DNA from: an uncultured candidatus Brocadiaceae bacterium
GTDB taxonomy: Bacteria; Planctomycetota; Brocadiia; SM23-32
Length of the DNA stretch: 64,000 nt
NCBI GenBank assembly: GCA_964434535.1
Contig: CAYSWA010000002.1
Location: 78,184 to 142,183 of the forward strand
Direction of reading: 5' to 3'
A model generated the notes under the pieces. It was given only the letters and a program-made list of their open reading frames with translations. It had not been told where the DNA came from and did no database searches. The translations under genes and the position numbers were made by a program. Shown here one piece after another: positions 15,447 to 23,993 of this stretch. Positions within the stretch are counted from its first letter, which is position 1, and every line of letters begins with the position of its first letter.

Positions 15447-17474
15447 TCAGATTCCGAAGCCCACGGCGGTCAGGGCGTGGAAGACCACGAACGCGACGCC
15501 GAACGAGATGGCCACCACGCCGCCCGCGATGCCGAGCGCCGCAGGCCAGCCCCGCTCCTTCGCCGTCATCAGGAACTGCGCGATGCAGGGCATGAACAGC
15601 GTGAGCGCCACGGTGCCCACGACGAGTTGGACCGTGTTCAGGGCGCCGGTTTCGTTAAGGTCGTAGAGGCCCGCCGCCCCGTAATCCCGACGGAAGAAGC
15701 CGAACAGGAAGACCTGCGCCGCCTCGGCCGGCATCCCGATCCAGCGCGTCGGCCAGGACAGCAGCCGGATGACCAGCCCGAACAGCCCGGTCAGGCGCCC
15801 GAACCAGATCAGCACGCTGGCCAGCAGGAACAGGGGCAGCACCTCCATGAAGTACCACTTCACCCGCGCCAGGGTCTTGCGCAGGACGTTGCCCAACCGC
15901 GGCCACCGCAGCGGCGGCACCTCCACGTAGAACGCCGCCCCCTTGCCGGGAAACAGGCGGTCCGCCACGAAACCGATCCCCACGTAGACCGCCCCCACGA
16001 CCCCCGCCCAGAGCAGCAGGGCCGCCGGGCGTCCGCTCAGCAAGGCCAGGATCACCCCGAGCTGCGCCGAGCACGGCACCGCCAGCGAGAGCAGCAGGGT
16101 GGCGATGGCCCGCTCGCGCCTGCTGGTCAGCGTCCGGGTGACCATCGTGGCCATCGTCGTGCAGCCCAGCCCCAGAACCATGGGGATGACGGCACGGCCG
16201 CTGAGGCCGACCTTCTTGAAGACGCGGTCCAGCAGCATCCCCAGCCGCGGCAGGTAGCCCACGTCCTCGATCACCGAGAAGACCAGGAAGAACAGCGTCA
16301 CGATGGGCAGGATGATCGCCACGGCGTAGCGCAGCCCCAGCGTGATGACGCCGTACTCGCCCACCACCAGGTCGCTCAATGCCGTCCAGGGCAGAAGGCG
16401 CTCGACCAGCGCCGTCACCGGCGGGTTGATCCACTGCTCGAAGACCGTCCCCTCCAGGAAGTCCACCACGGTGCCGGCCCCGAACTGGCCCACCAGCTTG
16501 TAGAGGCCGAAGTAGAGCACCGCCGCCAGAACGGGCGCCCCCGCCACGGGATGCATCAGCAGGCGGCCCAGCCGCTCGCGCACCGTCACCGGCGGCTCGC
16601 CTTCCCGCGTGATGACACCGGCGCCGACCGCAGCGCCCCAGCGCGCGCGCTCAAGCGCGAGCGCGTAGTCCACCGGCGCCTCGGCCCCCTCGCGCGCCTG
16701 CTCGGCGATCTGCCGCACACGCCCGCAGGCGTCGGGGTCGCGCTGCGCAATGATCGCCAGCGCGTCCTCGTCTCCCTGAAGCGCCAGCAGGGCCAGAGCG
16801 CGCCGATCCACGGGATAGTCACCCTCCAGCAGCCCGGCCACCTGCCCGACGGCCTCCTCAACCTCTACCCCGTAGCGCGGCCGGCCGCGGACCGGCGATG
16901 CCGCCGGGCGCCCCACGCCGGCGGCGAGGCGGCTCCTCAGCTCGTCCATGCCCCGCCCGGTCGTGCTGACCGTCGGCACCACCGGGATCCCGAGCTCCCG
17001 TTCCAGGGCGGCGGCATCGATGCGCAAGCCCTGCTCCTCGGCCTCGTCCATCATGTTCAGCACAAGCAGGACGGGCAGCCCGGCCTCCATGAGTTGCGCC
17101 GTCAGCGAAAGCATCCGCTGCACGCTCCGGGCGTCCACCACGTGCAGCACGGCATCGCAGCTCTGCTCGGTCAGCACGCGCCGGGCGACCCGCTCGTCCT
17201 CCGAGATGGGCAGCAGGGAGTACATGCCCGGGGTGTCGATGACCTCGAAGCGGCGGCCCCCGATCTGCCCCGTCCCTCGCGAGACCTCCACCGTGGTGCC
17301 CGGGTAGTTCGAGACGGTCACGTAGACGCCCGTGAGGTTGGCGAACAGCACGCTCTTGCCCACGTTCGGGCTGCCCACCAGCACGATGCGGCCCGGGGCA
17401 GCCGGGCCGTCCACCCCGGCGGCCGAACCCGCCACGACTTCATGGACGACTGTCGACGCCGCCCGCTCAGACAT
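15447..17474 (-). CDS. feoB: ferrous iron transporter FeoB
   Basis: N-terminal G-domain GSPNVGKSVLFANLTG and DTPGMYSL, followed by a large polytopic permease domain. Confidence 0.93.
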   Translation of the reverse strand: MSERAASTVVHEVVAGSAAGVDGPAAPGRIVLVGSPNVGKSVLFANLTGVYVTVSNYPGTTVEVSRGTGQIGGRRFEVIDTPGMYSLLPISEDERVARRVLTEQSCDAVLHVVDARSVQRMLSLTAQLMEAGLPVLLVLNMMDEAEEQGLRIDAAALERELGIPVVPTVSTTGRGMDELRSRLAAGVGRPAASPVRGRPRYGVEVEEAVGQVAGLLEGDYPVDRRALALLALQGDEDALAIIAQRDPDACGRVRQIAEQAREGAEAPVDYALALERARWGAAVGAGVITREGEPPVTVRERLGRLLMHPVAGAPVLAAVLYFGLYKLVGQFGAGTVVDFLEGTVFEQWINPPVTALVERLLPWTALSDLVVGEYGVITLGLRYAVAIILPIVTLFFLVFSVIEDVGYLPRLGMLLDRVFKKVGLSGRAVIPMVLGLGCTTMATMVTRTLTSRRERAIATLLLSLAVPCSAQLGVILALLSGRPAALLLWAGVVGAVYVGIGFVADRLFPGKGAAFYVEVPPLRWPRLGNVLRKTLARVKWYFMEVLPLFLLASVLIWFGRLTGLFGLVIRLLSWPTRWIGMPAEAAQVFLFGFFRRDYGAAGLYDLNETGALNTVQLVVGTVALTLFMPCIAQFLMTAKERGWPAALGIAGGVVAISFGVAFVVFHALTAVGFGI

Positions 17475-18042
17475 CCTCTCCTCCCTCCTCCTGGGCCGAC
17501 GCGCCGGCGGCCGCCTCGTCCGCTCGGCACATGCCCAGCTGATGCTCCTCCAACGCCCTGGCGCACGCTCGGACGCAGGCGGCGGCGCATTCGGCCGGGT
17601 CCCGGCCCGTGCCGCTCTCGGCGTAGCACTGGAAACGCGCCACCCAGTCCGCCCCGGAGCGCGGACACCTCGCGATGAACTCGACGAACCGCGTCAGGCG
17701 CCGCACCGTCTCCCCCGAGACGTAGTGCTCGAGCCGGCAGGCGTCCTCGGCGGCGCCCTCAGCATCGAGGCCCAACACGTCGTGCAGGAAACGGCGCAGC
17801 AGTCGGTGCCGCCCTCGCACCGAGCGGGCGGCCTCCTCACCCGCCGGGGTCAACCGCACGTAGCCGTAGGGCTCGTGGTCCAGGTAGCCCCCGCCGGCCA
17901 GGGTCTGGAGAGCCGAAGTCACCGAGGCGTTGCTCACGCCGAGCGCCTCGGCAATCTGGCCCGCCCGGACCACGGGGCCCTCCGCCTGAAGGGCCAGGAT
18001 CGCCTCGGCGTAATCCTCCATGCGCGGGCTGAGCTCGGCCAT
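17467..18042 (-). CDS. DtxR/MntR-family metal-dependent regulator with Cys-rich C-terminal extension
   Basis: MAELSPRMEDYAEAILAL...IAEALGVSNASVTSALQTL (HTH) and RHRLLRRFLHDVLG. The tail carries 7 Cys (CPRSG..FQCY..ECAAACVRACA..MC). The stop overlaps the feoB start by 8 nt. The ORF track start at 18066 is also possible. Confidence 0.8.
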   Translation of the reverse strand: MAELSPRMEDYAEAILALQAEGPVVRAGQIAEALGVSNASVTSALQTLAGGGYLDHEPYGYVRLTPAGEEAARSVRGRHRLLRRFLHDVLGLDAEGAAEDACRLEHYVSGETVRRLTRFVEFIARCPRSGADWVARFQCYAESGTGRDPAECAAACVRACARALEEHQLGMCRADEAAAGASAQEEGGEDV

Positions 18043-18075
18043 TTTGTCGCCTCGAAGAAAGTTCAATGCCTCTAA

Positions 18076-18104
18076 AGTATAGCCGCTCCCTCCCCCCGTG
18101 TCAA
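18076..18104 (-). promoter_or_regulatory. putative promoter of the feo operon
   Basis: Minus strand reads TTGACA-N17-TATACT, 34 nt upstream of ATG 18042. Confidence 0.6.
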
Positions 18105-18154
18105 GCCCTTTTATGTTGCGTCGCGCCGCGGGCGCCAGGGACGAGGCGGCCCCG

Positions 18155-18163
18155 TGCTATAAT
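18155..18163 (+). promoter_or_regulatory. putative extended -10 promoter element for 18193 gene
   Basis: TGcTATAAT, 30 nt upstream of the ATG. Divergent from the feo promoter. Confidence 0.45.
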
Positions 18164-18192
18164 CGGACGGCTCCGGCTCAAGAGGGACGACG

Positions 18193-18723
18193 ATGCGGGG
18201 GCGCTATGACCACAGGCAGCTCTTCCCGCTGGCGGCGCTGGTCGGCCTGGTCGGGCTCGCCGGCGGGGCGGCGGCGCTGGCCCTGCTGTGCCGGGGCGAG
18301 TTCGCCGGGCTCGGCACAGTGATGGGTTTCGGCTGGGCCGCGTTCATCTTCGCGATCGGGTTCGACTCGGCCTTCCTCTACGTGCGGGTGGTCGACCGGG
18401 GGAAGGCCCTCAGCGTGGAGCTCGGCCCGATGGGGCTGCGCCAGGGGCAGGTCAGCTACAGGAAGATGGCCTCGGCCGAGCGGGCCTCCATCGACGAGCT
18501 GGAGCGCTGGCAGGTGCGCCGCGGCGGGCCGGTGCGCGTCTACGGGGCCACGCGGGGGCCGGCCGTGCGCATCCTGCTGAAGAAGCCCCCCGGCGCCCGC
18601 CTGCCCCGCGCCGTCTTCATCGGCACCGACGACGTGGACGGCCTGCTGGCCTTCCTGCGGGAGCGGATCGACGAGGCCGCCGTCCCTGCCGCGCGTTTGC
18701 CCGTGCCCCGGCCGCCCCTATAA
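18193..18723 (+). CDS. hypothetical membrane protein
   Basis: 176-aa ORF with two N-terminal hydrophobic helices. Preceded by TGcTATAAT and an AGAGGGA Shine-Dalgarno. No family recognised. Confidence 0.6.
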   Translation: MRGRYDHRQLFPLAALVGLVGLAGGAAALALLCRGEFAGLGTVMGFGWAAFIFAIGFDSAFLYVRVVDRGKALSVELGPMGLRQGQVSYRKMASAERASIDELERWQVRRGGPVRVYGATRGPAVRILLKKPPGARLPRAVFIGTDDVDGLLAFLRERIDEAAVPAARLPVPRPPL

Positions 18724-18768
18724 TGGCACGCGCGGCCGGGGGGCCTCATCCAGAGGAGCAGACCGACC

Positions 18769-19497
18769 ATGAAGCTGAAGAGCGTCGGGAAGACCTTCCT
18801 GAACGGGCTGGTGATCGTGGCGCCCGTCCTCATCACCCTCTACGTGGTGGCGGCGGCGCTCTGGGGGCTGGACAAGGTGATCCGCCGGGGCCTCGCCCAC
18901 ATCGCGATATGGCCCGACTGGCTGATGGTCGGCCCCGCCGGCGAGATGCGCCCGATCCCCGGCATCGGGATCATTGTCGGCGTGGTCGGCATCTACATGG
19001 TCGGCCTGCTCGCGCGCAGCTGGCTGTTCGGCAAGCTGATCAGCCTGGGGGAGGGGCTGGTCGAGCGGGTCCCGCTGGTCAAGAGCCTGTATTCGGCCGT
19101 GCGCGACCTGCTCCAGTTCCTCGGCGGCACGGCCGAGAGCCGCGGTCAGCCGGCCGCCATCCGCGACGCCGACGGCACGGTCATGATGCTCGGGCTGATC
19201 ACGCAGAAGCGCCCGCAGAAGTTCCTGCCCACCGACACCGACCGCATCGCCGTCTACCTGCCGATGAGCTACCAGCTCGGCGGCTACACCGTCTACGTGC
19301 CGCCGGGCCGCGTGGAGCCGATGGAGGAGATGTCCGTCGAGGACCTGATGAAGCTGGCGATGACGGCCGGAGTCGGCGCCGGCAAGGCGGCCCAGGAGCC
19401 GGGGGAGGTGGTCGAGGCCGCCGGCGGCGAGGCGCCCGGGGAGCCGCGCCCGCTCGAACCGCCGCCCGAGGAGGAGAAGAGCGATGAGGGAGAGTGA
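18769..19497 (+). CDS. DUF502-family membrane protein
   Basis: N-terminus KTFLNGLVIVAPVLITLYVV, then IPGIGIIVGVVGIYMVGLLA and VERVPLVKSLYSAVRDL, typical of DUF502 as I remember it. Confidence 0.8.
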   Translation: MKLKSVGKTFLNGLVIVAPVLITLYVVAAALWGLDKVIRRGLAHIAIWPDWLMVGPAGEMRPIPGIGIIVGVVGIYMVGLLARSWLFGKLISLGEGLVERVPLVKSLYSAVRDLLQFLGGTAESRGQPAAIRDADGTVMMLGLITQKRPQKFLPTDTDRIAVYLPMSYQLGGYTVYVPPGRVEPMEEMSVEDLMKLAMTAGVGAGKAAQEPGEVVEAAGGEAPGEPRPLEPPPEEEKSDEGE

Positions 19498-19990
19498 CTT
19501 CAAGCGGGACGTGGCCGACACGATCGGCAAGCTGGCCAGCCCGGGCCTGCTGCTGGTCAGCATCGACGCCGGCGGCCGGCCGAACGCCATGACCATCGGC
19601 TGGGGGGCGCCGGGCGTCATCTGGGGGCGGCCCGTCTTCAGCGTGCTGGTGCGCCCGTCGCGCCACACGTTCGCCAACATCGAGGCGACCGGCGAGTTCG
19701 TGGTCGCCGTGCCGGACGACGGGATGCACGAGGAGGTGATGTACTGCGGCACGCAGTCGGGGCGCGACGTGGACAAGTTCGCCGAGCTGGGCCTGACCGC
19801 CGTCGAGGCGGCCGCGGTGAAGGTGCCACTCATCGGCGAGTGCGTGCGCCACTACGAGTGCCGCGTGGTGCACTGCAACGACGTTTCGGACGCCGCCCTG
19901 GCCGACGACGTGCGCAGCGACTGCTATCCGAGCGGCAACCTGCACCGCATCTACCACGGCCAGATCCTGCGCGCGACCGAGCGGGAGTAG
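19484..19990 (+). CDS. flavin reductase-like (FMN-binding split-barrel) protein
   Basis: 168 aa. GRPNAMTIGWG and the RPSRHTFANI..TGEFVV pattern fit flavin reductase-domain proteins. Overlaps the upstream gene by 14 nt. Confidence 0.75.
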   Translation: MRESDFKRDVADTIGKLASPGLLLVSIDAGGRPNAMTIGWGAPGVIWGRPVFSVLVRPSRHTFANIEATGEFVVAVPDDGMHEEVMYCGTQSGRDVDKFAELGLTAVEAAAVKVPLIGECVRHYECRVVHCNDVSDAALADDVRSDCYPSGNLHRIYHGQILRATERE

Positions 19991-20076
19991 GGCCGGCGGA
20001 CGGCGGATCGGGGCTTGGAGACCGGACGGCAGCGCCAGCGGCCCAGAGCGGGACCGAGGGGGTAATCTATCGCGCG

Positions 20077-20139
20077 CCGTCGGCTTCTTTCGTGATCTGC
20101 GTGGTGAAGCCTCGCCGTTCGTCGTGCCGTCGTCTCCGC
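20077..20139 (+). repeat. intergenic repeat module A, rearranged copy
   Basis: GCCGTTCGTCGTGCCGTCGT (20114-20133) is identical over 20 nt to 48511-48530. CTTCTTTCGTGATCTGCGTGGTGAAG resembles 11028-11054. Confidence 0.7.
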
Positions 20140-20168
20140 TTGCAAAACCGGCCCGCCGGGGCCAGAAT
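20140..20168 (+). promoter_or_regulatory. putative promoter of ilvC
   Basis: TTGCAA-N17-CAGAAT, immediately downstream of the repeat module. Confidence 0.35.
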
Positions 20169-20214
20169 ACGTGTCGCTCATCGGACCGCCGACCACCAGC
20201 GAAGGGAGCCTGCC

Positions 20215-21279
20215 ATGGCCAGGATCGATTTCGGAGGCGTCGAGGAAGAGGTCGTCACGCGCGACGAGTTCCCCCTGGAGCGGGCGCGCGAGGTGCTCAA
20301 GGACGAGGTGATCTGCGTGCTCGGCTACGGGGTGCAGGGGCCGGCGCAGTCGCTGAACATGCGCGACAACGGCTTCGAGGTGATCGTCGGCCAGTCGCCC
20401 GCGTTCGAGAAGGACTGGCAGAAGGCGCTCAACGACGGCTGGGTCGAGGGCGAGAGCCTCTTGCCCATCGAGGAGGCCGCCGAGCGGGCCACGCTGATCC
20501 AGTACCTGCTCAGCGACGCGGCGCAGATGCTGGTCTGGCCCCGGCTGAAGGGGCACCTGGAGGCCGGGGACGCGCTCTACTTCTCGCACGGGTTCAGCAT
20601 CGTTTACAGCGACCAGAGCGGCGTCGTCCCGCCCGATGACGTGGACGTGATCCTGGTCGCCCCGAAGGGCTCGGGCACGTCGGTGCGGCGCAACTTCCTG
20701 GACGGCAGCGGCATCAACTCCAGCTACGCCGTCCACCAGGACGCCACGGGCCGGGCGCGGGAGCGCTGCCTCGCCGTGGGCATCGCCATCGGCTCGGGCT
20801 ACCTGTTCCCCACCACGTTCGAGGGCGAGGTCTACAGCGACCTGACCGGCGAGCGCGGCGTGCTGATGGGCGCCCTGGCCGGCATCATGGAGGCCCAGTA
20901 CAACTGCCTGCGCGAGCACGGCCACAGCCCCAGCGAGGCCTTCAACGAGACCGTCGAGGAGCTGACCCAGAGCCTGATCCGGCTGGTGGGCGAGAACGGG
21001 ATGGACTGGATGTACGCCAACTGCTCGGCCACGGCCCAGCGGGGCGCGCTCGACTGGCGCCACCGCTTCCGCGAGGCCGTCGAGCCCGTCTTCGAGGAGC
21101 TCTACCGCCGCGTCAAGGACGGCACGGAGACGAGGATCGTCCTGAAGGCGAACGCCGCGCCCGACTACCAGGAGAAGCTCGGGGCCGAGCTGAAGGAGAT
21201 GCGCGACTCGGAGATGTGGCGCGCCGGGGCGGCCGTGCGGGCGCTGCGCCCGGAGAACTGGGGCGGCCAGGAGGGCTGA
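20215..21279 (+). CDS. ilvC: ketol-acid reductoisomerase
   Basis: Part of ORF 19840..21279, starting MARIDFGG. Contains VLGYGVQGPAQSLNMRDNG, LLSDAAQ, FSHGF, VAPKGSGTSVRR and DLTGERGVLMG. Confidence 0.9.
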   Translation: MARIDFGGVEEEVVTRDEFPLERAREVLKDEVICVLGYGVQGPAQSLNMRDNGFEVIVGQSPAFEKDWQKALNDGWVEGESLLPIEEAAERATLIQYLLSDAAQMLVWPRLKGHLEAGDALYFSHGFSIVYSDQSGVVPPDDVDVILVAPKGSGTSVRRNFLDGSGINSSYAVHQDATGRARERCLAVGIAIGSGYLFPTTFEGEVYSDLTGERGVLMGALAGIMEAQYNCLREHGHSPSEAFNETVEELTQSLIRLVGENGMDWMYANCSATAQRGALDWRHRFREAVEPVFEELYRRVKDGTETRIVLKANAAPDYQEKLGAELKEMRDSEMWRAGAAVRALRPENWGGQEG

Positions 21280-21302
21280 GCCGGGTCGAGCCCGACCCGC
21301 AG

Positions 21303-21671
21303 CTACGCCGGCTCGGGCGGCAGGTCCGCGAACGCGAGGATGTGCCGGACCCGCAGGCCCATCTTCTGCGCCCATCCGGCCGGCAGCTCCAGCACGGCGT
21401 CGGCCCCGAGGCAGGCCGAAAGGCGCCACGGGGCCATCTTCTCGACGATCTTCACCACCGACCCGGCGCCCGAGAGGTAGACCACGTCGATGGGGAAGCG
21501 CATGAAGCAAGAGTGAACGCTGCGGCAGCTCGGGATCAGCAGGCCCTCCCCGGCCGGCAGCTCGTCGCGGCCCAGCAGCCCGCGCAGCCGCTCCCAGCCG
21601 GTCAGGGCCACGGCGACCTCGTTGGCGAGCACGACCTCGTTGTCCGCGATGATCGCCCGGCACTTCTTCAT
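21303..21671 (-). CDS. DUF192 domain protein
   Basis: 122 aa. GLLGR....GEGLLI..C.SVH..FMRFPIDVV pattern typical of DUF192. A minus-strand TATAAT lies at 21710-21715. Confidence 0.75.
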   Translation of the reverse strand: MKKCRAIIADNEVVLANEVAVALTGWERLRGLLGRDELPAGEGLLIPSCRSVHSCFMRFPIDVVYLSGAGSVVKIVEKMAPWRLSACLGADAVLELPAGWAQKMGLRVRHILAFADLPPEPA

Positions 21672-21790
21672 GGTCTCACCTCGCGCCTACCCGCGAGCGG
21701 CCTCGGCCCATTATAGCCCACCGCCGGCCGGATTGCCGGGCCTTCGGCAAACGCCGCCGGCCCCTCACGAGCAACGGGCGCCCGCTCCCC

Positions 21791-21818
21791 TTGCGTCGCG
21801 CGCCCGGTGTGGTATACC
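21791..21818 (+). promoter_or_regulatory. putative promoter of the nucleoside hydrolase gene
   Basis: TTGCGT-N16-TATACC with TGg immediately upstream of the -10 (extended -10). Confidence 0.4.
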
Positions 21819-21857
21819 TTCAGTGTCCCGGGCCCGCGCTACCGAAGGAGGGATCGC

Positions 21858-22748
21858 ATGGACGAGAAAGTGCCGCTGCTGCTGGACACCGACATCGGCT
21901 CCGACATCGACGACGCCGCCTGCCTGGCCTACCTGCTGGCCGAGCCGCGCTGCGAGCTGCTCGGCATCACCACCGTCACCGGCGAGCCGCGCAGGCGCGC
22001 CATGCTCTGCGAGGCCGTCTGCCGGGCCGCCGGCCGCGAGGACGTGCCCATCGCCTCGGGCTGTGACGAGCCCCTGCTCTGCGAACAGAGGCAGCCGGAG
22101 GCCCCCCAGGCCGAGGTCCTGCCCGAGTGGCCCCACCGCGAGGAGTTCGAACCCTACGGCGCCGTCGAGTTCCTGCGCCGGACCATCCGCAGCCGGCCGG
22201 GCGAGATCACGCTGCTGACCATCGGCCCGCTGACCAACGTGGGCCTCCTCTTCGCCCTCGACCCCGCCGTGCCCCGCATGATCAAGCGCCTGGTGATGAT
22301 GGGCGGCTACTACTTCGCCGAGAACAGGGGCGAGTGGAATACCATGAACGACCCGATCGCCAGCGCCCTCGTCTTCGAGGCCGAGGTGCCCGAGCTGGTC
22401 GCCTACGGCATCGACGTGACGGCCCGCTGCACCATGCCGGCCGCCGAGTGCCGCGAGCGGTTCCGGGGCGGGCCGTTCGAGGTCGTCCGCGCCATGTCGG
22501 AGGTCTGGTTCGCCCATCACGACAAGATCACCTTCCACGACCCGCTGGCGGCGGCCTGCCTCTTCGAGCCCGACCTCTGCACCTACCGCGAGGGGCGGGT
22601 GCAGATGGTCTGGGCGCCGGGCGAGCACCGCGGCGTGACCCTCTTCGAAGGCGAGAAGGGCGGCCCGCACCACGTGGCCGCCGGGGTCAACCCCGAGCGC
22701 TTCTTCGCCCGCTACTTCGAGGTCACCTCGGTCTTCCGGGAGTCTTGA
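21858..22748 (+). CDS. nucleoside hydrolase (inosine-uridine preferring family)
   Basis: Start at MDEKVPLLLDTDIGSDIDDA (the DxDxxxDD signature). GAAGGAGGG Shine-Dalgarno. Part of ORF 21807..22748. Confidence 0.88.
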   Translation: MDEKVPLLLDTDIGSDIDDAACLAYLLAEPRCELLGITTVTGEPRRRAMLCEAVCRAAGREDVPIASGCDEPLLCEQRQPEAPQAEVLPEWPHREEFEPYGAVEFLRRTIRSRPGEITLLTIGPLTNVGLLFALDPAVPRMIKRLVMMGGYYFAENRGEWNTMNDPIASALVFEAEVPELVAYGIDVTARCTMPAAECRERFRGGPFEVVRAMSEVWFAHHDKITFHDPLAAACLFEPDLCTYREGRVQMVWAPGEHRGVTLFEGEKGGPHHVAAGVNPERFFARYFEVTSVFRES

Positions 22749-22756
22749 ACGCCCGG

Positions 22757-23833
22757 TCAGCGCGCCTCGCCGACGGCCTCCAGGACGGCGCCGGTCAGCA
22801 GCTTCGAGCCCTCGGTGAAGTCCAGCTCCATCCGCAGGGCGTAGAGGGGCGGCCCGGCGGCGCCCTCCAGCAGCGGCGCGACCTTGACCGCGTCCTTCTC
22901 GGTGGTGACCACGCGTTCGCAGCCGGCGCGGGCGGCGGCCTCCAGCAGCTCGCACACCTGGGGGCCGCTGTAGCGCTCGTGGTCGGAGAAGACGGTCAGC
23001 CCGCCGGGCCGCCAGCCGGCGCGCTCGAGCGTGCGGCGGAAGCCCTCGGGGTTGCCGATCCCGCAGAAAGCGGCCCACCGGCCCTCGCCCAGCTCCTCCG
23101 GCGGCAGCTCCGGCCCGCCGCCGAGGGGGCGGAGCCCCGCCGGCACCGTGCGGCAGCAGGCGAGCGGCGCGTCGGGCGCCAGCTCCCTCAGCCGCTCCTT
23201 GATCTGGTCCAGCCGCCTCGGCTCGACCAGGTCGGCGCGGGTCACGAGCAGCAGGTCGGCGCGGCGCAGGGCGCCGAGCGGCTCGCGCAGCAGCCCGCGC
23301 GGCAGCAGGTGGCCCGCGCCGAACGGGTGGAGGGCGTCGACGAGCACTACGTCCAGGTCGCGGGCGATGCGGCGGTGCTGGAAGCCGTCGTCCAGGATCA
23401 GCGCGTCGGCGCCGTGCTCGCGCCGGGCCGTGCGGGCGCCGCGCAGGCGGTCGGGGTCGACCACGACGGGCACGTCCGGCGCCATGCGGGCGAGCATGGC
23501 GTTCTCGTCGTCCAGGCCGAGCCCCTCGTGCCGCCCGTAGCCCCGGCTCAGGATGGCGGGGCGCATGCGGCGGATCACCAGCAGGCGCGCGAGCCAGGCG
23601 ACCAGCGGCGTCTTGCCCGTGCCCCCGGCGGTGACGTTGCCGACGCTGACGACGGGCACGCCGGGGTGCTCGGAGCGCTTGCAGCCGCAGCGGTAGAGGG
23701 CGTTGCGGGCGCGCACGGCGGCGCCGTAGCCGGCGGAGGCAATCAGCAGCGCTCCCCGCAGCAGGGCCAGCAGGGGGCCGCCGCGCGCCGGGTCGATGAC
23801 GGCCCGGTGCAGCCGGAAGAGGGTAGTGCGCAT
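22757..23833 (-). CDS. lpxK: tetraacyldisaccharide 4'-kinase
   Basis: VVSVGNVTAGGTGKTPLVAWLA P-loop, then SRGYG. Start placed at MRTTLFRL (ATG 23833) within ORF 22757..24034. Confidence 0.88.
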   Translation of the reverse strand: MRTTLFRLHRAVIDPARGGPLLALLRGALLIASAGYGAAVRARNALYRCGCKRSEHPGVPVVSVGNVTAGGTGKTPLVAWLARLLVIRRMRPAILSRGYGRHEGLGLDDENAMLARMAPDVPVVVDPDRLRGARTARREHGADALILDDGFQHRRIARDLDVVLVDALHPFGAGHLLPRGLLREPLGALRRADLLLVTRADLVEPRRLDQIKERLRELAPDAPLACCRTVPAGLRPLGGGPELPPEELGEGRWAAFCGIGNPEGFRRTLERAGWRPGGLTVFSDHERYSGPQVCELLEAAARAGCERVVTTEKDAVKVAPLLEGAAGPPLYALRMELDFTEGSKLLTGAVLEAVGEAR

Positions 23834-23901
23834 CGGCGCGCCCGTCTGAGGGTGGGGTGGGTCCTCGGCCGTCGCGCGCCGGCGGCCCGGCTCCGCCGTC
23901 C

Positions 23902-23929
23902 TTGCAACGGCCTGCCGCGCGCATACAAT
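23902..23929 (+). promoter_or_regulatory. putative promoter of the Gfo/Idh/MocA gene
   Basis: TTGCAA-N16-TACAAT. The opposite strand of the same region reads TTGTCG-N17-TATTGT toward lpxK. Confidence 0.45.
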
Positions 23930-23993
23930 ACCGGAGAGCGGCGCCCCCGACAAGCCGAAAAGGCGCCCCGACTCCGGCCGGGAGGGCAAGGGC

